The notes under the pieces: generated by a model
What the model was told of the DNA's origin: nothing
The model's database searches: none
The model's input: the letters and a program-made list of their open reading frames with translations, nothing else
Made by a program: the position numbers and the translations under genes
Origin: Chloroflexota bacterium
GTDB lineage: Bacteria > Chloroflexota > Limnocylindria > P2-11E
DNA: 64,000 nt
Direction of reading: 5' to 3'
Assembly: GCA_016194865.1 (NCBI GenBank)
Contig: JACQAT010000020.1
Span: forward strand, 12,902 to 76,901
Shown: positions 57,890 through 64,000 of the stretch, piece after piece
Numbering within the stretch: position 1 is the stretch's first letter
Layout of the letters: each line of letters starts with the position of its first letter

Positions 57890-58834
57890 TCAGTCAGTGT
57901 ATCGGCGGCGGATGTCCTTGAGTGGCCGGGGTGCGATGCCGCGCGCAGCTCGTTTGCGCCGGTCACGGATCCGCGCGCACGCGTTGCAGTGGACGCGCGT
58001 CCGGCCCGTCGACGTAGTTGTCCGTCGGTCGTAGACGTGCGCACGCTTACAACGCGTTCGGTCGCCCTTCAGTCGCTCCTGGGAGGCGAAGGTGACGATC
58101 GCGGCGCGGGCCTGTTCGCGCTTCACGCTGCCCAGCCAAGGACCAACGATCGCGAGAACGCGTTCGACGGCCGGCAGGCCCTCGGCCACCCATTTGAAGT
58201 CGTCAGGCTGGCCGTGTCGCTCGATCCGTCCTACACCGATCACTTTGTGGAGTCGGATCAGCACGGCCGCCGGCGTACCGACATCGCCGTGCTGATCGGC
58301 GGAGACACGGAGTCGATGCCAGGGTTGCCCGCCGACTCGTGGCTTGCTTCGGGCGAGACCGAAGCAGCCCTCGCCGTCCAGAAAACCAGCGGCCCACGCC
58401 CGAACGAGCTTGGCTTCATCAGTCGTTGATCCTGTTCGCACTGGAACAGCCAAGCGGCCAGCGCGCACTCCGCCCCGACGCGACGCGAATGTGCCGGAAT
58501 CTAATTGAGCCTGCAGGGCGCGCATGGCCGCAGCCGCCTGCGCTCGTTTCACCGTGCCGAGCCAGCGCCAGAGCAGGGCGACGCACGCCCGGGTCTGCTC
58601 AAAGCCGCGATCACGCCAGCCGTACGTCCCATCGCCATATGGCCCGGTGATGCTGCCCATGCCGAGCATCGCGGCCTGGAACCGATGGAGAACCTCAGGG
58701 ACCGCGCCATCGCCATGCTGTCGTATCTGCATTCCGATACGTAGATATCCGGGGCGTCCTGCTGCGCGCAGCACGTACGTCGATCCTTCCCCATCGAAGA
58801 GGCCCGCGGCCCACGCAAGTGCCTCAAGGTCCAT
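57890..58834 (-). mobile_element. Free-standing double-motif LAGLIDADG homing-endonuclease-like gene
   Basis: 314 aa. Two LAGLIDADG motifs (LAWAAGLFDGEGS and RAWAAGFLDGEGCF) lie about 135 aa apart. The basic C-terminal tail has a C-x2-H...HC-x2-C pattern. Third-position GC is visibly lower than in flanking genes. Ends 12 nt before tRNA-Pro on the same strand. Confidence 0.75.
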
Positions 58835-58846
58835 GATCCGCAGTTA

Positions 58847-58858
58847 GAACGAACGTTC
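58847..58858. promoter_or_regulatory. Candidate LexA/SOS (Cheo-type) box GAAC-GAAC-GTTC
   Basis: A perfect GAAC-N4-GTTC core lies in the 29-nt divergent spacer. It is 13 nt upstream of the LAGLIDADG ATG and 6 nt upstream of the UDG-like GTG. Confidence 0.4.
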
Positions 58859-58863
58859 ATGTC

Positions 58864-59508
58864 GTGTCAATAGGCAATCCTGTCGGCATGGATCGGCTCG
58901 CGCGTCTGCATCGCGAGATCCGCGCCTGCACGAAGTGCGTCGCCGCGGGATACCTCGCGACCGCGATGCCGATCCTCGCGGGGACGTCGCGCGATCGCGT
59001 CGCGATCGTCGGCCAGGCACCGGGCGCGATCGAGATCACGACCGGCCTTCCCTTCACCGGACGATCGGGACGGATCTTGCGCGAGTGGCTCGCCGAAGCG
59101 GGCATCGACGAGGCGCATCTTCCGTATCGCACGGCGGTGACGAAGTGCTTTCCGGGCAAGGCGAAGACCGGACCAGGTGACCGGCGACCGTCCCCCGCGG
59201 AGATCGAGCTGTGCGCACCGTGGCTCGAGCAGGAGCTCGCGCTGCTGAAGCCGCGCGTGATCCTGCTCATCGGCACGCTCGCGATCGAGCGGCTGTGGGG
59301 CCGCGTCGCGCTCGCGTCGGTCATCGGCACGCTGCGTCGCGAGCCGGATCGCGTGCTCATCCCGTTGCCGCATCCGAGCGGCGCGTCGCGCTGGCTCAAC
59401 GAGCCGGCGAACAAGGCGCTCCTGCGGAAAGCGCTTCGCCTGGTCCGCCGGGAGGTCGTGGGCCTTGACAGCGCGGGAATTGCAGGGAGAATGCATCGAA
59501 GCAGGTGA
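58864..59508 (+). CDS. Uracil-DNA glycosylase superfamily protein, family 4/5-like with Fe-S ligands
   Basis: 214 aa (ATG 58888 is an alternative start). Cys ligands CTKC...KC...C, motif A variant IVGQAPG, and motif B PLPHPSGASRW. Confidence 0.75.
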   Translation: MSIGNPVGMDRLARLHREIRACTKCVAAGYLATAMPILAGTSRDRVAIVGQAPGAIEITTGLPFTGRSGRILREWLAEAGIDEAHLPYRTAVTKCFPGKAKTGPGDRRPSPAEIELCAPWLEQELALLKPRVILLIGTLAIERLWGRVALASVIGTLRREPDRVLIPLPHPSGASRWLNEPANKALLRKALRLVRREVVGLDSAGIAGRMHRSR

Positions 59509-59785
59509 AACTCGCAACGCAACGAGAGCAGGTGCTGCAGTTAGCACGCCGACTCCGTCAGCCGACGACGAGTTCCTCACGACCGAGGAAGTCGCGAAGC
59601 GGCTCCGGGTACATCCCACGACCATCTTGCGCCGCCTCGGCGCGGTGGACGACGCGGATCCGACGCGGATACCCGCGGTCAGGGTCGGTCGGGTCTGGCG
59701 CATCCCGAAGCGCGAATTCGAGGAGTGGCTCGCTCGCTCCGGCCAGACGAAAAGTCTCGCCGGGCGTCAGCGGCGGCTCTTCTAG
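59465..59785 (+). CDS. Excisionase-type (MerR-superfamily) helix-turn-helix protein
   Basis: The core LTTEEVAKRLRVHPTTILRRL...RVGRVWRIPKREFEEWL is the excisionase/HTH_17 pattern. The start is uncertain (TTG 59465 or 59480), and the N-terminus overlaps the UDG-like 3' end. Confidence 0.6.
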   Translation: MTARELQGECIEAGETRNATRAGAAVSTPTPSADDEFLTTEEVAKRLRVHPTTILRRLGAVDDADPTRIPAVRVGRVWRIPKREFEEWLARSGQTKSLAGRQRRLF

Positions 59786-59825
59786 GGATGCGCTGACGAA
59801 CTTCAGAGGAAGGGAGGTGACCTAA

Positions 59826-59888
59826 ATGCCCGCAAAGAAGAAGGCTGCCAAGAAGTCGACCAAGAAGGCCGCGAAGAAGAAGAAGTAA
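59826..59888 (+). CDS. Candidate 20-aa Lys/Ala-rich micro-protein MPAKKKAAKKSTKKAAKKKK
   Basis: A GGGAGGTGA SD lies 8 nt upstream of the ATG, with a TAA stop. It is too short for the ORF track, and the AAG runs are conspicuous in a high-GC context. Confidence 0.35.
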   Translation: MPAKKKAAKKSTKKAAKKKK

Positions 59889-60041
59889 CGATCCCTTAGT
59901 GGAGGTGGGGCGCCGCGGGCGGGCGGCGCGCCATCGCGAGCAAGCGACAGCTGCTCCCAAGACGTGCACCCCTGCTCGGTCGCTTCCCCCATTGGTCCTA
60001 GCCCCCTAACGGATCTGTGACGGGGCCCGTTCAACAGGCAG

Positions 60042-61313
60042 ATGACCAAGTCAGCTCACCTCCTGGCGCTCGCGTGCCTGACGCTCGCGCTCCTCGCTTG
60101 GCCGCTTCGCGCATCGAGCGACGCCGCGAGCAACATCGCGATCGATCTCCTCGCCCAGCAGAACGGTCTGCGCTACGCGATCGGCGCGCCGACGATCACC
60201 TCGGACCCACGCCTCATCGTCGCGGCACAGAATCACGCCGACTACTCGGCGCTCAATCACACCGGCGGTCACTACGAGACCGCGGGTCAGCCCGGGTACA
60301 CCGGCTATGCCCCGCGCGATCGCGTCGCCGCGGCGGGCTGGTCGCCGTCGTTCGTCAGCGAGGTCGCAGCCGGCTACAGCGGCGCGTCGAACGCGCTCAA
60401 CGAGCTGTGGCACGCGCCGTATCACCGGCTCGGCATGATGCATCCGAACAACGTCTCGTCCGGCTGGGGCAACTCGACGGCCGGCGGCGGATCCGCCACG
60501 GTGGGCGACTTCGTCTACGACTTCTCGGTCCGCCCGGTCGACTTCGTCCGCTCGCCGGCCGCGAGCCAGACCGGCATCCCGGCCTCATGGAGCGGCAACG
60601 AGTCGCCGAGCCCGCTGCCCTCGGGGATCCGCGGCCCGGTCGGCTATCCGATCATGGTCGTCTACTCGGCGGGTCAGAACGTCACGATGCGAGCGGCCGA
60701 GATCGTCGCGCCGAACGGCTCGCGCGTCCCGATCTACTACGCGCCGCAGCAGTTCGAGTACGACTACCAGGTCATCATTCCGCAGCAGCCGCTGGCCGCG
60801 GGCACCACGTACCACGTGCGCTTCGACATCAACGTCAACAGCCGCATGGTCACGAACGAGTGGGACTTCACGACGGCGGGCGCGGGCGGCAGCTCGTCGA
60901 CACCGCCGGCGTACAAGCCCCCTGTGCCGGCCGACGCGGGCTACCACAGCCGCTGGCTCTCCGAGTCACCCTTCCCGACGCTGAAGGCCGGCGAGGTCAG
61001 CGCGCCGCTGACGATCTCGTTCACGAACACCGGCAGCAAGTCATGGGTCCGTGGCGTCGAGGGCCAGCAGGCGAACCTCGGCGTCAACGGTGACAACCGG
61101 CAGTGGGCGCCGCTCGGCATCGGCTGGCCGACCCCCGATCGTGTCGCCATCCAGAAGGAAGCGATCGTCGCACCGGGTCAGGTCGGGTCGTTCACCTTCC
61201 AGGTGCGCGCCCCCTCCGCTCCGGGGACGTACGCGATCGATCTGCGCGGGGTCATCGACGGCACCGTGTGGCTCGAGGACGAAGGCGTCTTCCTCTACAT
61301 CACCGTCCGCTAA
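60042..61313 (+). CDS. Secreted CAP/SCP domain protein with two C-terminal Ig-like (NBR1-type) modules
   Basis: 423 aa with a signal peptide (MTKSAHLLALACLTLALLAWPLRASS). CAP core: LLAQQNGLRYAIG...ELWHAPYHRLGMM. The C-terminus APGQVGSFTFQVRAPSAPGTYAIDLRGVIDGTVWLEDEG is paralogous to 34095..34979. Confidence 0.75.
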   Translation: MTKSAHLLALACLTLALLAWPLRASSDAASNIAIDLLAQQNGLRYAIGAPTITSDPRLIVAAQNHADYSALNHTGGHYETAGQPGYTGYAPRDRVAAAGWSPSFVSEVAAGYSGASNALNELWHAPYHRLGMMHPNNVSSGWGNSTAGGGSATVGDFVYDFSVRPVDFVRSPAASQTGIPASWSGNESPSPLPSGIRGPVGYPIMVVYSAGQNVTMRAAEIVAPNGSRVPIYYAPQQFEYDYQVIIPQQPLAAGTTYHVRFDINVNSRMVTNEWDFTTAGAGGSSSTPPAYKPPVPADAGYHSRWLSESPFPTLKAGEVSAPLTISFTNTGSKSWVRGVEGQQANLGVNGDNRQWAPLGIGWPTPDRVAIQKEAIVAPGQVGSFTFQVRAPSAPGTYAIDLRGVIDGTVWLEDEGVFLYITVR

Positions 61314-61513
61314 CCACTGAAGACGACCTCGAACAGCGCCGCGCACTTCGGGCACTTGACCGACGCGGCATAGGGCGGATCCGGTGGGACATCGAGGTGT
61401 TCGCGCGTGACGAAGCGCGGACCGACGAGCGTCCCGCACGCCGGGCACGCGACCTTGTAGGCGAGGAAGTCGCGCCGCGGCGCGTCGATCCGGATCGCGG
61501 TGCCACCCGACAT
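61310..61513 (-). CDS. Small zinc-ribbon protein
   Basis: 67 aa from ATG 61513. Two CxxC pairs (CPAC...CPKC). The longer track ORF start lies inside the neighbouring gene. Confidence 0.55.
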   Translation of the reverse strand: MSGGTAIRIDAPRRDFLAYKVACPACGTLVGPRFVTREHLDVPPDPPYAASVKCPKCAALFEVVFSG

Positions 61514-61519
61514 TGCCCG

Positions 61520-61526
61520 TAGTCTA
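61520..61526. promoter_or_regulatory. Overlapping divergent -10-like hexamers TAGTCT (+) and TAGACT (-)
   Basis: The palindromic TAGTCTA sits in a 20-nt spacer. It is 8 nt upstream of the ahpE-like ATG 61534 and 7 nt upstream of the zinc-ribbon ATG 61513. Confidence 0.45.
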
Positions 61527-61533
61527 GGCAGCC

Positions 61534-62043
61534 ATGGACGAGCCGCGTCCGAAGACGCGCAACAAGATCGCGACCGAGAGCAAGACGCTGAAGGTCGGTG
61601 ACCAGGCACCCACCTTCGAGCTGCGCGCGCACGATGGCCGACAGGTCTCGCTCGCGGCGCTCCGCGGCCAGCGGGTCGTGCTCGCGTTCATGGCCTTCGC
61701 CTTCAGCGGCACCTGAAACCAAGAGGTCCCCGCGCTGAACCTCCTGCAGGAGCGTTCCAGCGCGGGCAAGGCCCAGGTCGTGGGCATCACCTGTGACTCG
61801 GTGTACGCGCTGAAAGCATGGGCCGACGACCTCGGCGGCGTGAGCTTTCCGCTCTGCGCGGACTTCTGGCCGCACGGCGCCGTCTCGAGCGCGTACGGCG
61901 TGTTGAACACGGAGATCGGACGGCCCGATCGCTCGATCTTCGTCATCGATCGGGAGGGCGTCATCCGCTACATCGACCTGCACCAGCTTCGTGAGGTCCC
62001 GGATGAGGCCGAGATCGCCGAGGAGCTCGAGAAGCTCGCTTAG
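61534..62043 (+). CDS. ahpE: AhpE-type 1-Cys peroxiredoxin with an in-frame TGA at the peroxidatic position (candidate selenoprotein, or a pseudogene)
   Basis: Track ORFs 61534..61716 and 61780..62043 share one frame. The joined product VGDQAPTFELR..VVLAFMAFAFSGT-[TGA]-NQEVPAL..FPLCADFWPHGAVSSAYGV..RSIFVIDREGVIRY aligns along its length with M. tuberculosis AhpE as I recall it (FFPLAFTGICQGEL; FPLLSDFWPHGAVSQAYGV). TGA 61714-61716 falls exactly on the Cp codon. Confidence 0.7.
61729..61766 (+). promoter_or_regulatory. SECIS-like stem-loop downstream of the in-frame TGA
   Basis: CCCGCGCTG-AAC-CTCC-[TGCA]-GGAG-c-GTT-c-CAGCGCGGG gives 9+3+4 bp with two single-C bulges. The apical loop starts 28 nt after the TGA and has G at loop position 2. 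Confidence 0.5.
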
Positions 62044-62480
62044 CTCCCCGGCTTGTACACCGTGCCGAACAGCGCGCCGTAGATGAGGTGCGACCCGAGC
62101 AGCGTCAGCGATTCGCGGTGCGGCGCGAACGCGCGACGGCCACCGAGATCCTCGCGCGCGGCGACCGCGCCGATCGCGATCTCGGCGGCCAGCCACTGCG
62201 GTAGCGCGAACAGCGCGCCGCTGAGCGGACCGATCGGCATGTCGGTCCACCACCAGAGCAGCGCCGACACGAAGGCCCACGCGATGCCGAACGCGACGTG
62301 CAGCACGACGCCGGTCGCGAAGCCGCTGCGCGCGTCGAGCGCCAGGCGCTGGCCGATGGCCAGTGGCACGTCGACGGCGACGCGGCCGTGGCGCGGCAGG
62401 ACCGCGAGCACGAGCGAGCCGCCGACCGTCGCCGCGGCGCCCGCGAGCAGGACGCTCCCCGGATCGACCGCCGCGCTCAT
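62040..62480 (-). CDS. Hypothetical membrane protein
   Basis: 146 aa from ATG 62480 (ATGA overlap with the upstream gene), with 4 hydrophobic helices. The remainder of the 356-aa track ORF is an Arg-rich shadow. Confidence 0.55.
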   Translation of the reverse strand: MSAAVDPGSVLLAGAAATVGGSLVLAVLPRHGRVAVDVPLAIGQRLALDARSGFATGVVLHVAFGIAWAFVSALLWWWTDMPIGPLSGALFALPQWLAAEIAIGAVAAREDLGGRRAFAPHRESLTLLGSHLIYGALFGTVYKPGS

Positions 62481-62929
62481 CGGGTGGGGATGTAGTACGC
62501 GGAGCCCTCGTCGGCGACGGCGAAGCGGACCACGTCGCCCTCGCTCACACCGGGCAGCGTGTCGCCGCGCACGAGGATCTCGACTCCGCAATCCACGACC
62601 GTCAGCTCGCCCGTCGAGACGATGCTGCCCTCGACGATCGCGCCCGGCGCGACGAGGTCGCCCGTCACGCTCGCGCCCATGCCCGGCGTCACGTCGCGCG
62701 CGACGTACTCGATGGCCATCGTGATGCGGTCTCCGAGGGTCAGGCGCGCCTTCCGCAGGGCGCCGGTCGCGTCGCGGCCGCGCAGGTCCATGCGCTCGCC
62801 GAGCTCGCCGACACGCATCGTGACGATCGGGCCGCCACCGCTCCGGCCATCGAGCGCGACGATCACGCCACGGGCCGCGCGGCGCCGCCACTTCTCGATG
62901 AACGCGAGCTGTTCGAAGTCCATGGCCAT
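62477..62929 (-). CDS. Hypothetical cytoplasmic protein
   Basis: 150 aa from ATG 62929 (MAMDFEQLAFIEKW...). Composition looks like normal coding sequence. No recognisable family. Confidence 0.5.
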   Translation of the reverse strand: MAMDFEQLAFIEKWRRRAARGVIVALDGRSGGGPIVTMRVGELGERMDLRGRDATGALRKARLTLGDRITMAIEYVARDVTPGMGASVTGDLVAPGAIVEGSIVSTGELTVVDCGVEILVRGDTLPGVSEGDVVRFAVADEGSAYYIPTR

Positions 62930-62936
62930 GTCGCGG

Positions 62937-62942
62937 ACAATA
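62937..62942 (-). promoter_or_regulatory. -10-like hexamer TATTGT, 7 nt upstream of ATG 62929 (leaderless geometry)
   Basis: The minus strand reads TATTGT-CCGCGAC-ATG. Confidence 0.4.
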
Positions 62943-63027
62943 AGAGCATGAACGCCGGGTTCGTCGACGTGGGCGGCACGCTGACCGAAGCCTGGACCGC
63001 CGGCGGGGCGCCCTGGCTGACGTCGCG

Positions 63028-63657
63028 GTGAGCTTCGCCGAGGATCGCACGGCGCTCGTGCGAGCGCTCGAGCGCAGCGGCATCGCGGATCGCCGCGTGC
63101 TCGATGCCATGGGCCGCGTCCCGCGCGAGCTGTTCGTACCCGCCGACCTCCGTGACGACGCGTACGCGGATCACCCCATGCCGATCGGCGAGGGCCAGAC
63201 CATCTCGCAGCCGTACATCGTCGCGCGCATGACCGAGCTCCTCGACCCGCGGCCGACCGACCACGTGCTCGAGGTCGGCGGCGGCTCCGGGTATCAGGCC
63301 GCCGTCCTCGCATCGCTGGTGCGCGACGTCGTGACCGTCGAGCGTCACGAGCCGCTGGCACGAGCCGCCGCCGAACGGCTGCGCGAGCTCGGCTACGGGA
63401 ACGTCCGCGTCGTCGTCGGCGACGGATCCGAGGGATATGGCGCCGAGGCGCCATACGACAAGATCCTGATCGCCGCCGCGGCTCCGGAGATCTCCGACAA
63501 GCTGCGCGCGCAGTGCGCGCCGCACGGCCGCGTCGTCGCGCCGCTCGGCGACCGTCAGCGCCAGGAGCTCGTCGTCGAATTCGGCGACGGCCGGCGCGAG
63601 CGGTACGGAGGCGTCCGTTTCGTGCCGCTGCGCGGTCGAGCCGGCTTCACGGAGTGA
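63028..63657 (+). CDS. pcm: Protein-L-isoaspartate O-methyltransferase
   Basis: 209 aa. VPRELFVP, GQTISQPYIVA and SAM motif VLEVGGGSGYQAAVLA. Confidence 0.9.
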   Translation: MSFAEDRTALVRALERSGIADRRVLDAMGRVPRELFVPADLRDDAYADHPMPIGEGQTISQPYIVARMTELLDPRPTDHVLEVGGGSGYQAAVLASLVRDVVTVERHEPLARAAAERLRELGYGNVRVVVGDGSEGYGAEAPYDKILIAAAAPEISDKLRAQCAPHGRVVAPLGDRQRQELVVEFGDGRRERYGGVRFVPLRGRAGFTE

Positions 63658-64000
63658 GGGCGCTCCTCTTTCACGGCGGCCGCGTGCACGTTGGCGACGG
63701 GACCACAGGCGACGCATTGCTCGCGCGCGACGGCCGTGTCGTCGCGGTCGGACGCGGCGTCGATCTCGGACGCGAAGCGGGTGACGCGGAGCGGATCGAT
63801 CTTCGCGGTGGCCTCATGGTGCCCGGCTGGTGCGACGCGCACGTCCACTTCATGTGGTGGGCGATCCAACGGACGCAGGTCGACCTGCGGGACGCGGCGA
63901 CCGTCGACGAGGCGCTGGGCCTGATCGCGACGTATGCCGCCGCGCTTCCTCGCACCGGCTGGATCCTGGGCGGTCGCTTCGACAAGAACCGCTGGGGCCG
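63654..64000 (+). CDS. Amidohydrolase-family protein (YtcJ-like), 5' part only
   Basis: Absent from the track because no stop lies in the window. GTG 63654 (GTGA overlap with pcm) gives RALLFHGGRVHVGDG..DALLARDGRVVAVG..IDLRGGLMVPGWCDAHVHFMWW, the metal-binding HxH N-terminus of amidohydrolases. Confidence 0.75.
   Translation, partial: MRALLFHGGRVHVGDGTTGDALLARDGRVVAVGRGVDLGREAGDAERIDLRGGLMVPGWCDAHVHFMWWAIQRTQVDLRDAATVDEALGLIATYAAALPRTGWILGGRFDKNRWG

Noticed and set aside
59826-59888. Lys-rich micro-ORF as a lysine-sensing attenuation leader peptide
   Set aside because: The downstream gene is a secreted CAP-domain protein, not a lysine biosynthesis or transport gene. I see no alternative terminator/antiterminator pairings. 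The following hairpin lacks a U-tract.
57804-59900. Classic tRNA-integrated genomic island or prophage remnant
   Set aside because: No integrase, transposase or recombinase is present. I found no direct repeat of the tRNA-Pro 3' end in the window. The odd genes lie on the 5' side of the tRNA rather than at its 3' end, where integrases usually act. I kept it only as a loosely defined 'islet'.
59909-59930. GC hairpin GCGCCGC-N6-GCGGCGC as an intrinsic terminator
   Set aside because: The stem is only 7 bp and no T-tract follows it (ccatcgcgagc). It cannot be distinguished from random GC-rich self-complementarity.
61714-61716. TGA reassigned genome-wide (to Trp or Gly), explaining the in-frame stop
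   Set aside because: TGA terminates the majority of well-supported genes in this window, including all ATGA/GTGA junctions. Any read-through must therefore be local (Sec), or the gene is broken.

Overview
This is a high-GC chromosomal segment (roughly 70% GC by eye). Coding is dense, and opposite-strand Arg/Pro-rich 'shadow' ORFs dominate the six-frame track. Housekeeping synteny is Actinomycetota-like: recJ-rel; hisS-aspS; iscS-iscU-mnmA; alaS..ruvX-mltG-aroE-aroC-aroKB-aroQ-efp; tlyA-nadK; scpA-scpB-rluB-cmk-plsC-ispH-der-plsY-gpsA; korAB; AhpE-type peroxiredoxin; NiSOD. I call about 78 CDS, one tRNA-Pro(GGG), no rRNA, no CRISPR and no transposase or integrase. Main points, in order of interest: (1) An eight-gene, translationally coupled gas-vesicle cluster at 50624-54333 (gvpF/L x3, gvpG, a small GvpA-family gene, gvpK, gvpJ, gvpA). 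It has gvpA last and no gvpN/gvpO/gvpC in the window. It sits between a sodN-sodX-yggX oxidative-stress module and two cytoplasmic sensor kinases. (2) An AhpE-type peroxiredoxin whose peroxidatic Cys codon is an in-frame TGA, followed by a strong SECIS-like hairpin. This is a candidate selenoprotein. (3) A free-standing two-motif LAGLIDADG endonuclease with atypical codon usage, 12 nt upstream of tRNA-Pro. Next to it are an Fe-S UDG-like gene, an excisionase-type HTH, a GAAC-N4-GTTC (LexA-type) box and a strongly SD-led 20-codon Lys-rich micro-ORF. (4) A PilM/FtsA-like ATPase plus a membrane baseplate-J-like protein inserted into the conserved alaS-ruvX junction. (5) A recurrent TANNNT hexamer 6-8 nt upstream of the start codon of 11 operon-first genes, a leaderless-mRNA signature. 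Two of these sites are overlapping palindromic divergent -10 boxes. (6) Conserved genes (alaS, sodX, possibly rluB) whose conserved N-termini lie upstream of any ATG/GTG/TTG. All functional calls rest on motif recognition by eye; no database search was possible.
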